From Candidatus Heimdallarchaeota archaeon (GTDB lineage Archaea > Asgardarchaeota > Heimdallarchaeia > Hodarchaeales > Hodarchaeaceae), in NCBI GenBank assembly GCA_020353515.1, contig CP070695.1:256606-266618 (forward strand): a stretch of 10,013 nt of DNA. The letters are read 5' to 3'. The notes under the pieces were generated by a model, which was given only the letters and a program-made list of their open reading frames with translations, was not told the DNA's origin and searched no databases. Position numbers and translations under genes: made by a program. Below are positions 7,600 through 10,013 of the stretch, piece after piece (position 1 is the first letter of the stretch; each line of letters begins with the position of its first letter).

Positions 7600-8208
7600 T
7601 TAATTATTGAGAAAGACCATCAATCCTAGTACGAAGTAGTAAAGTTGATAGGGAGTGACACCGATCCGCTCAAATAATCCTCGATACTTCCCTTGAGCAA
7701 ATATTCCTGCAATTATAATGAGAACAAAAGAAACGATAGCAGAGATCAATGAAAAGGTGGCAAACCCACTCCAATTAGGAACTGACTCTAAACGTAACCA
7801 TAAAGCCAACATACCTCCAATGGTAAGGATTCCCATTACCGCTACAAGAATAAGATGCATTTTTCCTCTTAGAGTAACTAGTTCTCCTCCAGCATCAAGA
7901 GGGAAGAAAAGAGCAACGAGAATTCCCACTACTCCACTAAGAATAAATAAGAACGGGCCTAGAAAGTCAGTACTGCCATCATTTAACCCTTCATGTAATC
8001 CAAGATAAAAGATGAATAACAACGCGCTAGAAGTGAATGTAAGTGCTTGAAAGAGTCGTTGGTTAGGTGCGTCAACGGCAAAAAGGGAACTGACATCATC
8101 ACGGATATGACTATAATCTGATTGTAGAATTCCACCAAGAATCCACATTGTTGTATAAACAATGGGGCTAAGCATTGCACAAATTGAGAGTATTTGATAA
8201 ATATTCAT
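7600..8208 (-). CDS. DUF998-like membrane protein
   Basis: 202 aa with about 6 TM segments. Motifs YSHIRDDVSSL, FPLD, GKMH and GLFERI match the DUF998 pattern (Y.....iSeL, FP.D, H, Gl.qR). Confidence 0.8.
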   Translation of the reverse strand: MNIYQILSICAMLSPIVYTTMWILGGILQSDYSHIRDDVSSLFAVDAPNQRLFQALTFTSSALLFIFYLGLHEGLNDGSTDFLGPFLFILSGVVGILVALFFPLDAGGELVTLRGKMHLILVAVMGILTIGGMLALWLRLESVPNWSGFATFSLISAIVSFVLIIIAGIFAQGKYRGLFERIGVTPYQLYYFVLGLMVFLNN

Positions 8209-8242
8209 GATTAAGCACAGCGCAAGATTGTCAGGAAGGATC

Positions 8243-8252
8243 GTTATATAAC
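8243..8252 (-). promoter_or_regulatory. Candidate TATA box for the DUF998-like gene
   Basis: Palindromic GTTATATAAC 35-44 nt upstream of ATG 8208. Confidence 0.35.
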
Positions 8253-8524
8253 TGTAATTATAATTGTTAATGTAAGCATTCTAGAATTATTTTGTATTAC
8301 ACTGATTAAATCCTCAACACTAATTAGTTCTTGATTTGCATACTGAGGGGACAATCATTCTCCCTGTTCATCCTCTATCTACCTCTATTCTGTTAAATCC
8401 CTCTGAATAAGTTTTTCATGTTGTTACTTCAAGAATGAGGAAAAAGATATTATCTTTCTCAAACTCTCCTTTGGGGATAGATTTTTTAAAAAGGGATTTT
8501 TCAAAAAGAACCTATTTGGGGTGC

Positions 8525-8692
8525 CTATTTGGACATTGACCGTTGGTTAAAGAAAAATTTTGATCTTCCAGCTTTTTTCATACTAACTAGATGTGACTGC
8601 AGGGTACTATCCAGCCTCCTGATCCTTGACGCTGAGTCAGAAGGATAGTCATACAAATCGGTGGTTAAATCATATCTGTCATTGAGATTCAT
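8525..8692 (-). CDS. Possible 55-aa small hypothetical protein
   Basis: ATG 8692 to TAG 8525: MNLNDRYDLTTDLYDYPSDSASRIRRLDSTLQSHLVSMKKAGRSKFFFNQRSMSK. It fills part of a 537-nt gap, has AGGT shortly upstream, and contains no motif I recognise. Confidence 0.3.
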   Translation of the reverse strand: MNLNDRYDLTTDLYDYPSDSASRIRRLDSTLQSHLVSMKKAGRSKFFFNQRSMSK

Positions 8693-8706
8693 TATACCTA
8701 ATTTCC

Positions 8707-8721
8707 CAAAAGATTTAATTA
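8707..8721 (+). promoter_or_regulatory. Candidate archaeal BRE/TATA for the intramembrane protease gene (leaderless geometry)
   Basis: CAAAAGA-TTTAATTA ends about 25 nt before ATG 8746, and there is no SD in front of that ATG. Confidence 0.35.
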
Positions 8722-8745
8722 CAGGAAGAAGTCAAATTTTCAATC

Positions 8746-9423
8746 ATGTTAGGGATTACTCTCATGGCTATTATTACGACTTGCCTAGCTCTTGGTCTCA
8801 TCGGGGGAATAGTTACTTTTAAATCACCTAACAGAATTAAATTAGTATTGTTTCTCTTATTTTTAGCGAATTTCCCCATTTTTTTCTTTGCATACTTTGG
8901 ATTAAGATTACCATTAGATGAAATTATACGGTCTTTTATTACCAATAATGATATATACGGATTAATTAAGAATTTCTATGCTCCAGTAACCGAAGAATCA
9001 TCCAAATTATTAGTATTTCTTCCTCTGTATTTTTTTCGGAAGATTGATTTTGATCACTTACATTGGTATGCATTTGCAGCGGGTCTTGGTTTTGGGACTG
9101 GCGAAATCTGGTTCTTAGCGTCGGTATTTGCTCAGGATCCGTATATCAGTTCTCTCCCTTGGTACTTTCTGGGTGGATTTCTAATAGAACGATTATGTGT
9201 GTGTTTCTTACATGGTTCATTCTTATATGGTAGCCTATATTATATTTTTTACAAAAAATACGCTTATGGCCTCCTCTATGGATTTGGATTTCATTTATTA
9301 ACTAATTTTCCAATTTATGTAAGTTATGTAATTGACCTGCAAGAAAATATGATCTGGATTTATTTACTGTCATTTTGGGTTGTAATCATGGTGGGGATAA
9401 TTATGATGTATGTTGTCGTTTAA
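8746..9423 (+). CDS. PrsW/YhfC-type glutamic intramembrane protease (CPBP/Rce1 clan)
   Basis: About 7 TM segments. APVTEESSKL (EExxK), AGLGFGTGE (FxxxE), ERLCVCFLHG (H) and HLLTN (HxxxN) give all four clan motifs. Confidence 0.82.
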   Translation: MLGITLMAIITTCLALGLIGGIVTFKSPNRIKLVLFLLFLANFPIFFFAYFGLRLPLDEIIRSFITNNDIYGLIKNFYAPVTEESSKLLVFLPLYFFRKIDFDHLHWYAFAAGLGFGTGEIWFLASVFAQDPYISSLPWYFLGGFLIERLCVCFLHGSFLYGSLYYIFYKKYAYGLLYGFGFHLLTNFPIYVSYVIDLQENMIWIYLLSFWVVIMVGIIMMYVVV

Positions 9424-9918
9424 GGTTACTTAAGGAAAAAAATTAGGTCAGAATGACTTAGTGGATCATGAAGAAACCCTAGAAAGGAAAAAGATGGGTT
9501 AATTCCTAATTAGACTAGCAGATCTTGATCCATCCATCAATAATTTCGTCAAATAATAAAGAATTCAATTCCTTTCTAGAATTTTTTTAAAACTGAAATT
9601 CGAACAATATTAATCTACAAAACTAGTAAGTAAGATAGAATTTAGGTGAGGAAGTTGATGACAGCATCCAAACATTGATTTCCAGACTATATGAAAGAGA
9701 AATAAATAGATGATAACCTCCTAACTTTTTTATAAGGGAGAATTTTCTCAGAAAAAGAGAAAAAGTTCTGGTTTATCAATCTAATCAAATCTTGTTATTG
9801 ATTCGTTCTCTCTAGAGTTGATTAAACACTTTTTAGATGAAATAATGTTTTTACTCCCTCTTCGCTCGAGCTCACAATTTTAATATAGTAATTCATGACC
9901 TATGGTGAGGTCTCTATT

Positions 9919-10013
9919 TTGTCAGAAAAAAAGCTCGAATCAATAGAAACTATGTTCAAGAAGACTACTAAACCCAAAATGATTATTGATGAGTATCCTA
10001 AGATCGAGAGGAT
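9919..10013 (+). CDS. 5' fragment of an unidentified protein (continues beyond the window)
   Basis: GGTGAGG (9904-9910) lies 8 nt before TTG 9919, and the frame MSEKKLESIETMFKKTTKPKMIIDEYPKIER is open to the edge. An alternative in-frame ATG is at 9895. Confidence 0.55.
   Translation, partial: MSEKKLESIETMFKKTTKPKMIIDEYPKIER

Noticed and set aside
8595-8655. Hairpin as a SECIS element or tRNA fragment
   Set aside because: There is no cloverleaf or T-loop, no convincing SECIS core or A-rich loop, and no gene with an in-frame TGA at a plausible Sec site nearby.
6512-8945. Track ORFs 6512..6796(-), 7274..7483(-), 7718..8008(+), 7983..8180(-) and 8715..8945(-)
   Set aside because: They overlap the better-supported MDR, DUF998-like and protease genes and have no independent evidence.
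9658-9890. Stop-codon-recoded gene
   Set aside because: The frame contains both TAA and TGA stops, and intact genes in the window end in TAA, TAG and TGA, consistent with the standard code.
1-10013. CRISPR array, tandem repeat array, rRNA/tRNA, integrase or defence system
   Set aside because: I saw no regularly spaced repeats or diagnostic motifs on either strand by eye.

Overview
AT-rich prokaryotic window of unrelated accessory genes. It is probably archaeal, inferred from GGTG(A)-type Shine-Dalgarno motifs, TTG starts, TATA-like boxes and T-tract terminators; an Asgard-like origin is only a guess. The largest feature is missing from the ORF track: a minus-strand CDS from TTG 2233 running off the left edge (at least 744 codons, translated by hand with no stop). 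It encodes an alpha/beta-hydrolase-like protein (GGSGG elbow, putative S147-D458-H495 triad) with a PKD-like domain and an AT-rich C-terminal extension that I do not recognise. Next come a probable 3' remnant of another alpha/beta hydrolase, overlapped by a GT-C membrane glycosyltransferase, and a VOC(glyoxalase)-YdjC deacetylase fusion. These are followed by a DUF4386-like membrane protein, a Zn-independent-type MDR oxidoreductase, a DUF998-like membrane protein, a PrsW/YhfC-type intramembrane protease, and the start of another CDS at the right edge. I saw no rRNA, tRNA, CRISPR array or transposase. The best leads are the chimeric hydrolase, the VOC-YdjC fusion, and the adjacent YdjC + GT-C pair, which recalls bacterial NaxD/FlmK hexosamine-transfer modules. 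Family calls come from motif recognition only, not from database searches.
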